DNA from: Acidobacteriota bacterium
GTDB lineage: Bacteria > Acidobacteriota > Blastocatellia > Pyrinomonadales > Pyrinomonadaceae
Assembly: GCA_031412675.1 (NCBI GenBank)
Contig: JANODL010000152.1
Coordinates: 5,018-69,017, forward strand
Reading direction: 5' to 3'
DNA: 64,000 nucleotides
Shown here: positions 34,333 through 44,183 of the stretch, piece after piece
Layout: each line of letters starts with the position of its first letter
How positions within the stretch are numbered: position 1 is the first letter of the stretch
Program-made: the position numbers and the translations under genes
The notes under the pieces: model-generated
The model's input: only the letters and a program-made list of their open reading frames with translations
The model's database searches: none
Told to the model about the DNA's origin: nothing

Positions 34333-37101
34333 ATGTCTGCCACGGAAAAACAAAATTCAACTGCTGATTTTTCGCTCTACCCTTTGTTTTGGCTCGCCGT
34401 TTGTTTTGCGTTTGGCATCTTGGCGGGAAATTATTTTGCAACGAATTGGAAAATTCTGTTGATTCTTTGTTTGATTTGCGGATTGCTAACGGGAATTTTT
34501 ATAAAACAAAAATTCGCTGTCCTTTTTATTTCGCTTTCATTTCTCGCCGCCGGAGCCTTTTGCTTTCAAATAAAAAATCAGACAATCTCCGCCAATCGCC
34601 TCAAAAAAATCTACGATGAAAAGCGCATCAATTCGGGTGAATTCGTTGAAATCGAGGGCATCCTGCGCGGGAAGTTTGAAGAAGCAGTCGGCGGATTTTT
34701 CATCGAAGTTGAATCTCAAAAGCTGATTTATAAGACAGCAGAAGAAAAAGTTTCGGGCAAAATCAGACTTTTCGCGCCTGTCCCAAACGAACAAATTTCA
34801 AATGAATACGGGCAATTGAACTTACAATACGGCTCACGAATCCGCGTTGCGTGCAACCTCTTGCGCGAAGATAATTTTCAAAATCCGGGCGTTGTTTCGC
34901 GCAAGGAAATTCTCGACCAACAACAGATTGACGCGACCGCGACAATCAAAAGCCCGCTTCTCGTCGAAAATCTCGGTGAGGAAAATAATCTTGCGGCTTT
35001 GGCATGGCTTTATGAAATTCGCAAAAGTTTAATCAAAGATTTCCGCGAAAAATTCAGTGTTTCGACCGCCGGAATTATGATTGCTTCGCTTCTCGGCAAC
35101 AAATATTTTCTCGACAAACAAACCGCCGAGCTTTTCCGCGAAGGCGGCACATTTCACGTTCTCGTCATTTCGGGCTTGCATATCACGTTTATCGGCGGTT
35201 TGACGCTTCTGCTTTTACGGTTTTTTACGCGCAAAAGATTCTGGCAATTTGTGATTGCTTCAACTTTTTTGTGGTCTTATTCAATTGCCGTCGGCGCGGA
35301 TGTTCCGGTCATTCGGGCGACGATTATGTTCACGATTTTACTTTTCTCGCAGGTCATTTATCGCAATGGTTCGCTTCTCAATTCGCTCGGATTTTGCGCT
35401 TTGATTTTGCTTGTCTGGCGACCCGAAGACCTTTTTTCGCAATCGTTTCAACTGACCTTTGTGAGTGTTCTGGCAATCGTTGCGTTCGCGTTTCCGCTGA
35501 TTGAACGCTTGCGAAAAATCGGCGAATGGCGACCGACTGCCGAAACGCCTTTTCCGCCGAATGTTTCCGTTTGGCTTAAAAAATTTTGCGAAATGCTCTA
35601 CTGGCGCGAAACTGCCTGGCAGATTCAAGCCAAGCAACAAATCTGGTCGGCGAAAATCTTCAAATCGCCGTATTTGAAGATTCTCGAAGCAAAAGGATTA
35701 CAAAGCGTTTTTCGGTATCTTTTTGAAGGGTTTTTAGTTTCGCTGATTGTCCAAATATGGCTTTTGCCTCTGACAGTTTTCTATTTTCACCGTGTTTCGA
35801 TTGCTTCGATTTTGCTCAATTTGTGGGTCGGTTTTTTTATCGCGCTTGAAAGTTTCGCGGCAATTATCGCGCTGACTTTCGCGCAATTCAGCGATATTTT
35901 GGCGTTGCCGCTGATAAAATTAACCGAAGTTTTGAATTGGATTTTGTTGTCGCTGCCGAATCTTTTTGTCGAAAATAATTGGGCGAGTTTTCGCGTTCCG
36001 GTTTATTCGGGAGCAATGAAAGCAGTTTATTTTCTGTATTTTGTGCCGGTTTTGATTTTGACGATTTTGCTTTATCGTTGGAATCCGTTTGATTTGATTT
36101 CAAGTTTCACGTCTAAAATTTCAGATTCCGAAAAAGATGATTCATCAGGTCGAGGTTTTATAATTGCGCCAAATTTAGCTTTAAAGTTTTCGGCATTTAT
36201 TCTTTCAATTTTCATCGGAATAATCATTTTTCATCCATTCAGCGCACCGCGACCTGACGGCAGATTGCACGTTGATTTTCTCGATGTCGGGCAAGGCGAT
36301 GCGGCACTTGTTACTTTTCCGAACGGCAAAACTTTGCTCGTTGACGGCGGCGGAAAGCCGAATTTTAATAATCTTTACGTCAGGCGCGAAACGGAAGAAC
36401 CCGAGATTTTTGAACCTGACGCGATGACTATCGGCGAAGCGGTCGTTTCGCAATTTCTGTGGGAAAAAGGCTACTCGAAAATTGATTATATTCTGGCGAC
36501 ACACGCCGATGCCGATCATCTGCAAGGATTGACGGAGGTGGCGAAAAACTTCCGCGTCCGCGCCGCATTTTTAGGCAGAACGCCTGAAAAAGACGAAGAT
36601 TTTGCCGAACTTTATAAAGTTTTGCAGAAACGAAAAATCGAAATCGTCAAATTAAAACGCGGTGATCTATTGAATTTTGACAGTCTAATCGTCGAAGTTT
36701 TATATCCCGAAGCCGACGATTCGCCCGAAGCCGTTTCGGACAATAATCACTCTTTGGTTTTACGCATCATTTTCGGCACGAAAAAGTTTTTGCTGACAGG
36801 CGACATTGAAAAAGAAACGGAAAGTTTTTTGGCACAAAATCCACAATTTTTGCAATCGGATGTTGTCAAAGTTGCACATCACGGAAGCCGGACTTCTTCG
36901 ATTCAACCTTTTATTGACGCGGTAAAAGCTGATTATGCAATAATTTCTGTGGGCAAAGTTTCGCCGTTCGGACATCCGCACAGAGAAGTTTTGGAAAGAT
37001 GGAAAAACGCAAATGTAAAGATTCTGACGACAGGCGAACGCGGTACGATCTCCGTTTCGACCGACGGAAAGGATTTGATAATCAACAGATTTTTGCCCTG
37101 A
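34333..37101 (+). CDS. comEC: DNA internalization competence protein ComEC/Rec2
   Basis: 922 aa with a polytopic competence domain and a C-terminal metallo-beta-lactamase domain (LDVGQGDA, HADADH, VAHHGS). Confidence 0.9.
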   Translation: MSATEKQNSTADFSLYPLFWLAVCFAFGILAGNYFATNWKILLILCLICGLLTGIFIKQKFAVLFISLSFLAAGAFCFQIKNQTISANRLKKIYDEKRINSGEFVEIEGILRGKFEEAVGGFFIEVESQKLIYKTAEEKVSGKIRLFAPVPNEQISNEYGQLNLQYGSRIRVACNLLREDNFQNPGVVSRKEILDQQQIDATATIKSPLLVENLGEENNLAALAWLYEIRKSLIKDFREKFSVSTAGIMIASLLGNKYFLDKQTAELFREGGTFHVLVISGLHITFIGGLTLLLLRFFTRKRFWQFVIASTFLWSYSIAVGADVPVIRATIMFTILLFSQVIYRNGSLLNSLGFCALILLVWRPEDLFSQSFQLTFVSVLAIVAFAFPLIERLRKIGEWRPTAETPFPPNVSVWLKKFCEMLYWRETAWQIQAKQQIWSAKIFKSPYLKILEAKGLQSVFRYLFEGFLVSLIVQIWLLPLTVFYFHRVSIASILLNLWVGFFIALESFAAIIALTFAQFSDILALPLIKLTEVLNWILLSLPNLFVENNWASFRVPVYSGAMKAVYFLYFVPVLILTILLYRWNPFDLISSFTSKISDSEKDDSSGRGFIIAPNLALKFSAFILSIFIGIIIFHPFSAPRPDGRLHVDFLDVGQGDAALVTFPNGKTLLVDGGGKPNFNNLYVRRETEEPEIFEPDAMTIGEAVVSQFLWEKGYSKIDYILATHADADHLQGLTEVAKNFRVRAAFLGRTPEKDEDFAELYKVLQKRKIEIVKLKRGDLLNFDSLIVEVLYPEADDSPEAVSDNNHSLVLRIIFGTKKFLLTGDIEKETESFLAQNPQFLQSDVVKVAHHGSRTSSIQPFIDAVKADYAIISVGKVSPFGHPHREVLERWKNANVKILTTGERGTISVSTDGKDLIINRFLP

Positions 37102-37228
37102 AAAACAGAAAAACACCGGAAGATTAATGTTTTAAAAATCTTCGAGCGTTCCTTAGTCAGCCTGTAATACTTTAAGTATCACTTTAAGGATTTAAAAAGT
37201 CAAGCATTTTTCAAAAAAAAATCTCAAA

Positions 37229-38884
37229 TTAATGTTTAAAATGCCGAATACCCGTGAAGACCATCACAATATTGTGCTCGTTTGCAGCTTCGATTGATTC
37301 GTTATCTTTGATTGAACCGCCGGGTTGAATAATCGCCGAAACACCGAAACCGGCGGCTTCGTCCACATTGTCGCGGAACGGAAAAAATGCGTCGGACGCG
37401 AGCGCGGAATTTTTCAAAGTTAAATCAAATCTTTCCGCCCGCATCGCAGCGATTCTGACGGAATCAACGCGGTTCATCTGTCCCGCACCGACACCGATTG
37501 TCCGAGTTTCATTGGCGAAAACAATCGCGTTTGATTTAACGTGTTTGCAAACTTTCCACGCCAGAAGCAGAGCGCGAAGCTCTTCGTTCGAAGGTTTTCT
37601 TTCCGTGACAAACTTCAAATCGCTTTCCGACACGCGGTAAATATCTTTCGACTGGACGAGAAATCCACCCGAAATTTGTTTGTATTCGAGATTGTTTTCG
37701 CTTTCGCTTTTTTCGACGCGCAGAACGCGCAGATTTTTCTTTGTCTTGAAAATTTCCAACGCATCTTCATCAAAATCAGGCGCAACGACGACCTCAGTGA
37801 AAACTTCGTTGACGGATTTGGCAACCTTTGCATCAACTTTACGGTTGAACGCGACGATTCCGCCGAAAGCCGAAACCGGATCGGTCGAAAGTGCGCGGCG
37901 ATAGGCTTCTTCGTTATTCGCGCCTGTGCCGACTCCCGAAGGATTGGTGTGTTTGATGATCGCAACCGCCAATTCTTCGAAATCCTGCACCAAATTCCAA
38001 GCCGCTTCCGCGTCAACATAATTGTTAAAAGACATTTCCTTGCCGTGAAGTTGTTCCGCCTTTGCAATTCCGCCCGATTCGTTTGATTCATAAATCGCGG
38101 CTTTCTGATGCGGATTTTCGCCGTAGCGCAAGTCGGTAACTTTTTCGAGTTCGATTGTTTCAAATTCGGGCAAATCTTCGCTTTCCGAGTCTTCAATAGT
38201 TTCCTCAAAAATCTCTGAAGATTCGATAATAATTAAATTTCCAAGCGGATTAAACGGTTCGAGAAATTCCAAATCCGCGTTTGAAAGCTGTTTGGCAAGA
38301 TACGAAGAAATCGCCAAATCGTAGCTTGCGGTGCGCGTATAAGCTAAAGTTGCAAGGCGTTGGCGCGTTTTCAAACTCAAACTTCCATCGTTTTCTTTTA
38401 ATTCTTCCAAAATGCCGTCGTAAAGTTTCACATCCGTCACAACGGCGACATCGCGCCAATTTTTCGAGGCGGAACGAATCATCGCGGGTCCGCCGATGTC
38501 AATGTTTTCGACGGCTTCGGCGAGCGAAACGTCTTCTTTGGCAATCGTTTCCTGAAACGGATAAAGATTGACGACGACCAAATCAATCGGCTCAATGCCG
38601 TGTTCATTCATTGATTCGACGTGATTTTCGTTGTCGCGCAACGCGAGAAACGCGCCGTGAATTTTCGGATGCAAAGTTTTCACGCGTCCGTCCATCATTT
38701 CGGGGAAATTCGTGATTTCGGCAACTTCTGTAACTTCGATTCCGTTTTCGCGGAAACTTTTTGCAGTTCCGCCGGTGGAGATGATTTCTACGCCAAATTC
38801 GCGTAATGATTTGGCAAATTCCAAAATGCCTGTTTTGTCTGAAACGCTGATTAAAGCGCGTTTGATTTTTCTTAATTCACTCAT
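37229..38884 (-). CDS. purH: bifunctional AICAR transformylase / IMP cyclohydrolase
   Basis: The MGS-like N-terminus (RALISVSDKTG...STGGTA), the YGENPHQ motif and the AICARFT C-terminus are all present. The linker between domains is longer than usual and acidic. Confidence 0.97.
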   Translation of the reverse strand: MSELRKIKRALISVSDKTGILEFAKSLREFGVEIISTGGTAKSFRENGIEVTEVAEITNFPEMMDGRVKTLHPKIHGAFLALRDNENHVESMNEHGIEPIDLVVVNLYPFQETIAKEDVSLAEAVENIDIGGPAMIRSASKNWRDVAVVTDVKLYDGILEELKENDGSLSLKTRQRLATLAYTRTASYDLAISSYLAKQLSNADLEFLEPFNPLGNLIIIESSEIFEETIEDSESEDLPEFETIELEKVTDLRYGENPHQKAAIYESNESGGIAKAEQLHGKEMSFNNYVDAEAAWNLVQDFEELAVAIIKHTNPSGVGTGANNEEAYRRALSTDPVSAFGGIVAFNRKVDAKVAKSVNEVFTEVVVAPDFDEDALEIFKTKKNLRVLRVEKSESENNLEYKQISGGFLVQSKDIYRVSESDLKFVTERKPSNEELRALLLAWKVCKHVKSNAIVFANETRTIGVGAGQMNRVDSVRIAAMRAERFDLTLKNSALASDAFFPFRDNVDEAAGFGVSAIIQPGGSIKDNESIEAANEHNIVMVFTGIRHFKH

Positions 38885-38896
38885 AAAATAAGTTTT

Positions 38897-38974
38897 GAGT
38901 CCCGCCTTCAGGCGGTTTTACTTCGACTGAAAGTAAATTGTAATTACTGGAAAAGCCGCCTGAAGGCGGGACTC
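38897..38974. repeat. inverted REP doublet in the purH 5' leader
   Basis: GAGTCCCGCCTTCAGGCGG (38897-38915) and its exact reverse complement CCGCCTGAAGGCGGGACTC (38956-38974). Each unit is itself a CCGCC-TTCA-GGCGG hairpin. Confidence 0.7.
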
Positions 38975-38990
38975 TGAACAATTTAAAAAT

Positions 38991-39014
38991 AAAAAAGCGG
39001 TCTATTTTGACCGC
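38991..39014 (-). terminator. canonical intrinsic terminator on the minus strand upstream of purH
   Basis: The minus strand reads GCGGTC-AAAATA-GACCGC followed by TTTTTT. Confidence 0.6.
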
Positions 39015-39267
39015 CGTTTGTGCTAAAACATTATGCAAGCGAAATCTGAGAACAAGCCGTGTTCCCCGATAAATACTGTCGCAAAAGATTTTTCGAGTCG
39101 TGCCATTCGCTCTAAAAGAAGAAGCGTCCCAGAAACAAAAGACTCAACAAGAAAGCTAAAGTATATATGACAACTTTGATAAGACTCATAAAATTTTTTA
39201 TTCTTAAACCGTTGAAAACCTAAAACGCTTACGACCAAACTGTTATTTTAGTTCCGCGATTTATTCG

Positions 39268-40728
39268 ATGTCAAAACCATTCAAACCGATTTATTACGCC
39301 GCCTTCGCTTTCGCGTTGATTTTGCAAATATTTAGCAACACGACGGCGCAAACTGTCGAAGTGAAAATAAAAATTACGAATTCAAACGCTTTTATCGAAG
39401 GCAACTTTAAAGACGCGGAAAAAGCGGAAAATGTTACAAACTTTTCTTTTCTGAAATCCTACACAAACATCGAAAATCTCGGCGCACGCTTTTTCGATGT
39501 CAATTTATTCGATAAAAGCGGGCAAAAAATAAATTATAAAAAACTCGCGGACGGCGAATTTTTGGCGGAAAGCAGTTTCGCGGCGTGGAACTATAAAACC
39601 GATTTAAGCGTTCCGAAGAATCCATCGGCGATGGCGCACGTTTCGTGGATTTCGGACGAGCAGGGAATTTTGATGTTGAGTGAATTATTGCCGGAATTTT
39701 CTGAGAAAACTTCGGCGCGAATGACGGTTGAATTGCCGAAAGATTGGCGCATTTCGACAACCGAAAAGCGTTTGGGCGAAAATGTTTTTGAAGTCGCCGA
39801 TGTTGAAAAAGCGGTTTTTTATATTGGTAAAAGTTGGCGCGAAAAGGAAATTATCGTCGGCAATTCAAAATTGAATCTGATAATTTCGGGCGAATGGCAG
39901 GTTTCCGATGATGAAACTGCACAAACGGCGCGGGAAATTTTTGCTTTTTACGAGAAACTTTTCGGCGGAAAATCTTTTGAAAAGGTGCAGATTTTTCTCG
40001 GGAAATTTCCGCGTGAAGTAAAAGTCGGTCGTTGGGAAGCCGAGACACGCGGCGCAAATGTGACGATTTTTTCGTCGGAGATGAATTTTAAGACGCAATC
40101 TTTGCAGAGGCTTCACGAACAATTACGCCACGAGATTTTTCATTGGTGGCTGCCGAACGGCGTGAATCTTTCGGGCAATTACGATTGGTTTTACGAAGGT
40201 TTCGCGCTTTATGCGTCGCTGAAAACTGCTCTGGCAATGAAGCAGATTCGTTTTGAAGATTTTCTCGACACGCTCTCTCGCGCTCATTCGATTGATACTT
40301 TACAGAGTCAAAGAACGTCACTTATCGAAGCCTCGAAAAATCGTTGGAACGGCGCAAACACGCAGGTTTATGCACGCGGAATGCTCGTCGCATTTCTAAC
40401 GGACATCGCGCTTTTGCAGAAATCGAAAGGCAAAAATTCTTTGCCGGACATTTTGCGTGAAATCTATCAAAAGCATAATTTTTCTGCACAGAGAGAGGAC
40501 GGCAACACGGCGATTTTGAATATTTTGCAAACTCGCGGCGAGCTTCGACCGATTATTGAAAAATACATCAAAGGCGCGGAAAATATCGTCTGGCAAACCG
40601 ATTTGGACGCGGTTGGCATCGAATCGGCGACGGAAAATTTCGCGACGAAATTAAAGGTTAAAGCCAATCCGAACGGTCGGCAAAAGGATTTATTGGACAA
40701 GTTAGGTTATAATAACTGGCGAAAATAG
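39268..40728 (+). CDS. secreted gluzincin-type zinc metallopeptidase (M1/M61-like)
   Basis: Signal peptide, an HEIFH (HExxH) motif, and a downstream Glu in WFYEGFALY about 18 residues later. Confidence 0.7.
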   Translation: MSKPFKPIYYAAFAFALILQIFSNTTAQTVEVKIKITNSNAFIEGNFKDAEKAENVTNFSFLKSYTNIENLGARFFDVNLFDKSGQKINYKKLADGEFLAESSFAAWNYKTDLSVPKNPSAMAHVSWISDEQGILMLSELLPEFSEKTSARMTVELPKDWRISTTEKRLGENVFEVADVEKAVFYIGKSWREKEIIVGNSKLNLIISGEWQVSDDETAQTAREIFAFYEKLFGGKSFEKVQIFLGKFPREVKVGRWEAETRGANVTIFSSEMNFKTQSLQRLHEQLRHEIFHWWLPNGVNLSGNYDWFYEGFALYASLKTALAMKQIRFEDFLDTLSRAHSIDTLQSQRTSLIEASKNRWNGANTQVYARGMLVAFLTDIALLQKSKGKNSLPDILREIYQKHNFSAQREDGNTAILNILQTRGELRPIIEKYIKGAENIVWQTDLDAVGIESATENFATKLKVKANPNGRQKDLLDKLGYNNWRK

Positions 40729-40743
40729 CCTGGAATTATCAAA

Positions 40744-41892
40744 ATGAATTTTAAGAAAGTTTTTCTTTTATCAGCAGTTTTATTGGTCAGCACGTTTTTG
40801 AGCGGCTGCGGTTTTATCGGCAATTTATATAATAGTGTGGTTTCGGTTGCCGGTCTAAGCACGACTTGCACAGTAATCGCCAAGAAAGCCAACATTCGCA
40901 CGTCTTATGCGGTGGTCGCGCAAGATCTTTTGGAAGTCAAACGCGGCGACGTGCTTGATATTGTTGACCAGGTGGAATTTGAAAAGACCTTCTGGTATCG
41001 TGTTCGCGCCCACGACGAAGACCAGACCGAAGGCTGGATCGAAGCCCAAAACATCATCACGAGCGATGTCCTTGAAAAGTCGAAAAAACTCGCCGAAGAA
41101 GACAAGGAAGCACCGCCGCAGGCAAACGGTTTGCTACGCAACAAAACGAATTTGCGTTTAACGCCCGAACAGCGCGAGGACAATGTGCTGGTCAAACTCG
41201 ATAACGGTTCGACGTTTGAAATAATGGCTTGGAAATTCGTGCAAAAGGCGGAAGACACGACCGAGGACGCGAACAAACCGGACGCGAATAAATCAAGAGC
41301 TAAAACAAAAAACGCCGAAATCGAAGCCGCGAAAACCGAGAACGAACCCGAAAAGATGGACGAAAAATACGATATTTGGTATAAAGTCCGCCTTGACCCG
41401 TCGGTTTCGCCCGCGCCTTCGGGTTGGATTTTCGGTCGTCAAGTCGAGCTTCAAGTTCCGACCGACATCGTTTTTTATCAGCAAAACAACAAAAAATTCG
41501 TCACGTGGCAGAGAATTGACGGCGTTGACACATCGCTCAAAGACGACCCGAAAGTTACGTCAAAACCGAGCAGTTGGGTGATTCTTTCGCGCACCAACGT
41601 GGTCAAAGCCGTCAACGGCGAAGAACCCGATTTCGACGGCGTTCTGCTTCTCGGCTACGACAAATACGACCAATCGCATTACCGAATTTACCCGCTCATC
41701 GGCGAAGTCTGGGGCAAACTTCCGCTCAAAATTGTCGGCACGGGCGACAGCCGCACATTTACGCTTCGTCTGCGTAATAAAAACAGCGGACAGATCGAAG
41801 ACAAACAGTTTGTCGTCACCTTCGACAAGAGCCGCTACAAACTCAAACTGCCCGAAGATATGGCGAATTACGAAACGAAGGAAGGTAAGTAA
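40744..41892 (+). CDS. lipoprotein with SH3b-like domains
   Basis: Lipobox FLSGC. Two segments resemble bacterial SH3 (ANIRTSYAV...GDVLDIV...WYRV...EGWI and TNLRLTP...WYKV...SGWI). Confidence 0.6.
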   Translation: MNFKKVFLLSAVLLVSTFLSGCGFIGNLYNSVVSVAGLSTTCTVIAKKANIRTSYAVVAQDLLEVKRGDVLDIVDQVEFEKTFWYRVRAHDEDQTEGWIEAQNIITSDVLEKSKKLAEEDKEAPPQANGLLRNKTNLRLTPEQREDNVLVKLDNGSTFEIMAWKFVQKAEDTTEDANKPDANKSRAKTKNAEIEAAKTENEPEKMDEKYDIWYKVRLDPSVSPAPSGWIFGRQVELQVPTDIVFYQQNNKKFVTWQRIDGVDTSLKDDPKVTSKPSSWVILSRTNVVKAVNGEEPDFDGVLLLGYDKYDQSHYRIYPLIGEVWGKLPLKIVGTGDSRTFTLRLRNKNSGQIEDKQFVVTFDKSRYKLKLPEDMANYETKEGK

Positions 41893-41953
41893 AAAGTAAA
41901 AAAGCAAAAGGTAAAATTTAAGACCAAAAACCAAAGTCCAAAGACCACCAAAA

Positions 41954-42253
41954 ATGAGCGAAGAACTCGATTTAGAAAATCCTTTCGGCGAATCGTTTGA
42001 ATTAGAGATTACCGATTCGCTCGATTTACACGCCTTTGCGCCGCGTGATGTCAAAGCCGTCACCATTGCCTATCTCGAAGAAGCCCGTAAAAAAGGCTTT
42101 CGCCTCGTGCGGATAATCCATGGCAAAGGCATCGGCGTTCAACGCGAAACCGTCCGCAAAGTTCTGGAAAACACACCATTTGTCAAATCCTTCAAAACCG
42201 CCGACGAACTTTCGGGCAGTTGGGGCGCAACGATTGTGACCCTTCACGATTGA
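41954..42253 (+). CDS. Smr domain protein
   Basis: LDLHAF...VRIIHGKGIGVQRETVRKVLE is typical of Smr/MutS2 C-terminal domains. Confidence 0.8.
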   Translation: MSEELDLENPFGESFELEITDSLDLHAFAPRDVKAVTIAYLEEARKKGFRLVRIIHGKGIGVQRETVRKVLENTPFVKSFKTADELSGSWGATIVTLHD

Positions 42254-42387
42254 ATAATTGAAAATTCTTAATGTCAATCAAGAATAGAAAAACTCTGCAT
42301 GCTTTGTGACTTGGCGTGAAACTATTTTTGGTAGCGAACTAAAAGTAATGCTTTGAAAAATGCTTTATCGGAACAAGAACTTTCATC

Positions 42388-42524
42388 GCCGGGAGCGCAC
42401 GCATCCGTGCGTGCTGCGTCGCTAGAAAAAGCGGCGTAAAAGCGTTGCTCGATCTTGACTCGACATTCAGCGCAATGATTCGCGCTCGTGCGCTCAGCAC
42501 GCAGGGGATGTGTGCGCTCCCGGC
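42388..42524. mobile_element. REPIN/MITE-like element, family 2, copy E
   Basis: GCCGGGAGCGCACGCATCCGTGCGTGCTG ... CAGCACGCAGGGGATGTGTGCGCTCCCGGC. The internal GCGGCGTAAAAGCGTT matches the reverse complement of the interior of copy D. Confidence 0.75.
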
Positions 42525-42675
42525 GAACCACGCTTTTCTTTTTCAAACACCCTGAGAGAATCTCGAACAGCCTGACTTTCTGTTCACTACCCTACCTTTT
42601 AATGTCAGACGCGGAAATAGACCGGAAGTCCTGCTTGTGATCTATCGCGTGTACGGTGCTACTTCTTAATAATCT

Positions 42676-42945
42676 TCACCTGTCTTCGATGACATCCGCC
42701 CAGACTTCTTCTTCATCTTCCGTTTCGAGTTCGTCGTAGATGGCTTCAATCAAGTCGTTTTGTTCGATGATTTGCGATTCGGTGTCTTTCAAACGATTTG
42801 TCAGATATTTGCAATGCTTTTCGAGTTCGTGAATGCGGCGTTTGCGTGTGCGGTCAAGACGTTCGAGATACGCCATATAGAAAAATTGCAGACCTGCCAC
42901 GCCCGCCAGACTCAGTGAAAGACAAATTAAACCGTATAACAACAT
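42676..42945 (-). CDS. small membrane-anchored coiled-coil protein
   Basis: The internal start gives MLLYGLICLSLSLAGVAGLQFFYMAYL..., a TM helix followed by a charged helix. The upstream 34 codons in the ORF track lie in a heptamer array and were rejected. Confidence 0.5.
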   Translation of the reverse strand: MLLYGLICLSLSLAGVAGLQFFYMAYLERLDRTRKRRIHELEKHCKYLTNRLKDTESQIIEQNDLIEAIYDELETEDEEEVWADVIEDR

Positions 42946-43133
42946 CTCGATTTCGGATTTCGGATTTCGGATTTCGGATTGTTTGAAACACCAAAAACGT
43001 AATTGAAAATGAATCAATCCGCGGCGCAAACCAATCTCAAATCCCAAATCTCAAATCGTAAATCCAATTATACTCTTGACCTCTGCGCTTGGAAAAGTAA
43101 AACTTTAATAAAAACCTAAAAAGGAGAAAAAAA

Positions 43134-44021
43134 ATGTACGAAGACATCAGCAGTTCAGAACCGACCGCGCCGCGTTTAGACCGCCGCGAATTCTTTGCGA
43201 CCTCGATTTTCGCGGCAGGAATGTTCGCCGCCGCCGTTTCGCCGATTCAGGCGCAGACAAAAATTACGACCGACAACAAAGGTTTGATCGAAGGCGAAGT
43301 GAAAATTCCCGTCGCGGACGGCGAAATTCCCACGTATCGCGCAATGCCCGACACAAAGAACAAAAAGTTTCCCGTCGTGATGGTCATACACGAGATTTTC
43401 GGCGTTCACGAATGGATTCAGGACGTTTCGCGCCGTTTTGCAAAGTTGGGCTATATGGCTGTCGCGCCCGCGCTCTATGCGCGTCAGGGCGATGTTAAGA
43501 CGATTACCGAAATCCGCCAGCTTCAGCGTGATATTTTCTCGAAAATCCCCGATACGCAAGCGATGAGTGATTTGGACGCGACCGTTGCGTGGGCGAAAAA
43601 GAACAGCGGCAACACGAAAAAACTTTCAATCACGGGTTTCTGCTGGGGCGGACGCATCGTTTGGCTCTATTCGGCGCATAACAAAAACATTGACGCGGGC
43701 GCGGCTTGGTATGGACGGCTTGTTCCGAATCCGACCGGAGCGAAAAACGAGGTTCAGCCGACGATGCCGATTGATGTCGCCAAAAATTTGAAAGTTCCCG
43801 TTCTCGGACTTTACGGCGGATTAGATCAGGGAATTCCGCTCGATTCGGTGCAGAGAATGCAGGACGAATTAAAGAAAGGCAAATCAAAATCCGAAATCGT
43901 CGTTTATCCGAATGCCCAACACGGTTTCCACGCCGATTATCGTCCGAGTTTTAACAAGGAATCATCGGAAGACGCATGGCAGAAATTGCAGAATTGGTTC
44001 AAGAAAAACGGCGCGTTATAA
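43134..44021 (+). CDS. dienelactone hydrolase family protein with Tat-type signal
   Basis: RREFFATSIFAAGMFAAAV is a twin-arginine signal, GFCWGG is the nucleophile motif, and there is a C-terminal His motif. AGGAG Shine-Dalgarno sequence upstream. Confidence 0.85.
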   Translation: MYEDISSSEPTAPRLDRREFFATSIFAAGMFAAAVSPIQAQTKITTDNKGLIEGEVKIPVADGEIPTYRAMPDTKNKKFPVVMVIHEIFGVHEWIQDVSRRFAKLGYMAVAPALYARQGDVKTITEIRQLQRDIFSKIPDTQAMSDLDATVAWAKKNSGNTKKLSITGFCWGGRIVWLYSAHNKNIDAGAAWYGRLVPNPTGAKNEVQPTMPIDVAKNLKVPVLGLYGGLDQGIPLDSVQRMQDELKKGKSKSEIVVYPNAQHGFHADYRPSFNKESSEDAWQKLQNWFKKNGAL

Positions 44022-44080
44022 AAAGTGAAAAAACGATTGGAATGAAACTTTCTAAAAATACGAGAATTCCAAAGCGTTTT

Positions 44081-44170
44081 TAACGCAAAGACGCAAAGAT
44101 GCAAAGGCGCAAAAGTTAAAATAATTATTAGAATCTCTTTGCGTCTTTGTTCCTTTGCGTCTTTGCGTTA
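44081..44170. repeat. heptamer-array hairpin (CGCAAAG words)
   Basis: The outer 18-bp stem is perfect: TAACGCAAAGACGCAAAG (44081-98) pairs with CTTTGCGTCTTTGCGTTA (44153-70). The inner part is imperfect. Confidence 0.7.
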
Positions 44171-44183
44171 ATTAATTAAGATT

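Noticed and set aside
38885-39020. ZTP (pfl) riboswitch upstream of purH.
   Set aside because: purH is a classic ZTP-riboswitch target. However, the leader (read on the minus strand) lacks the conserved GGGUCGUGAC...CCGCCUGGGC-type motifs. It consists instead of a simple perfect inverted REP doublet.
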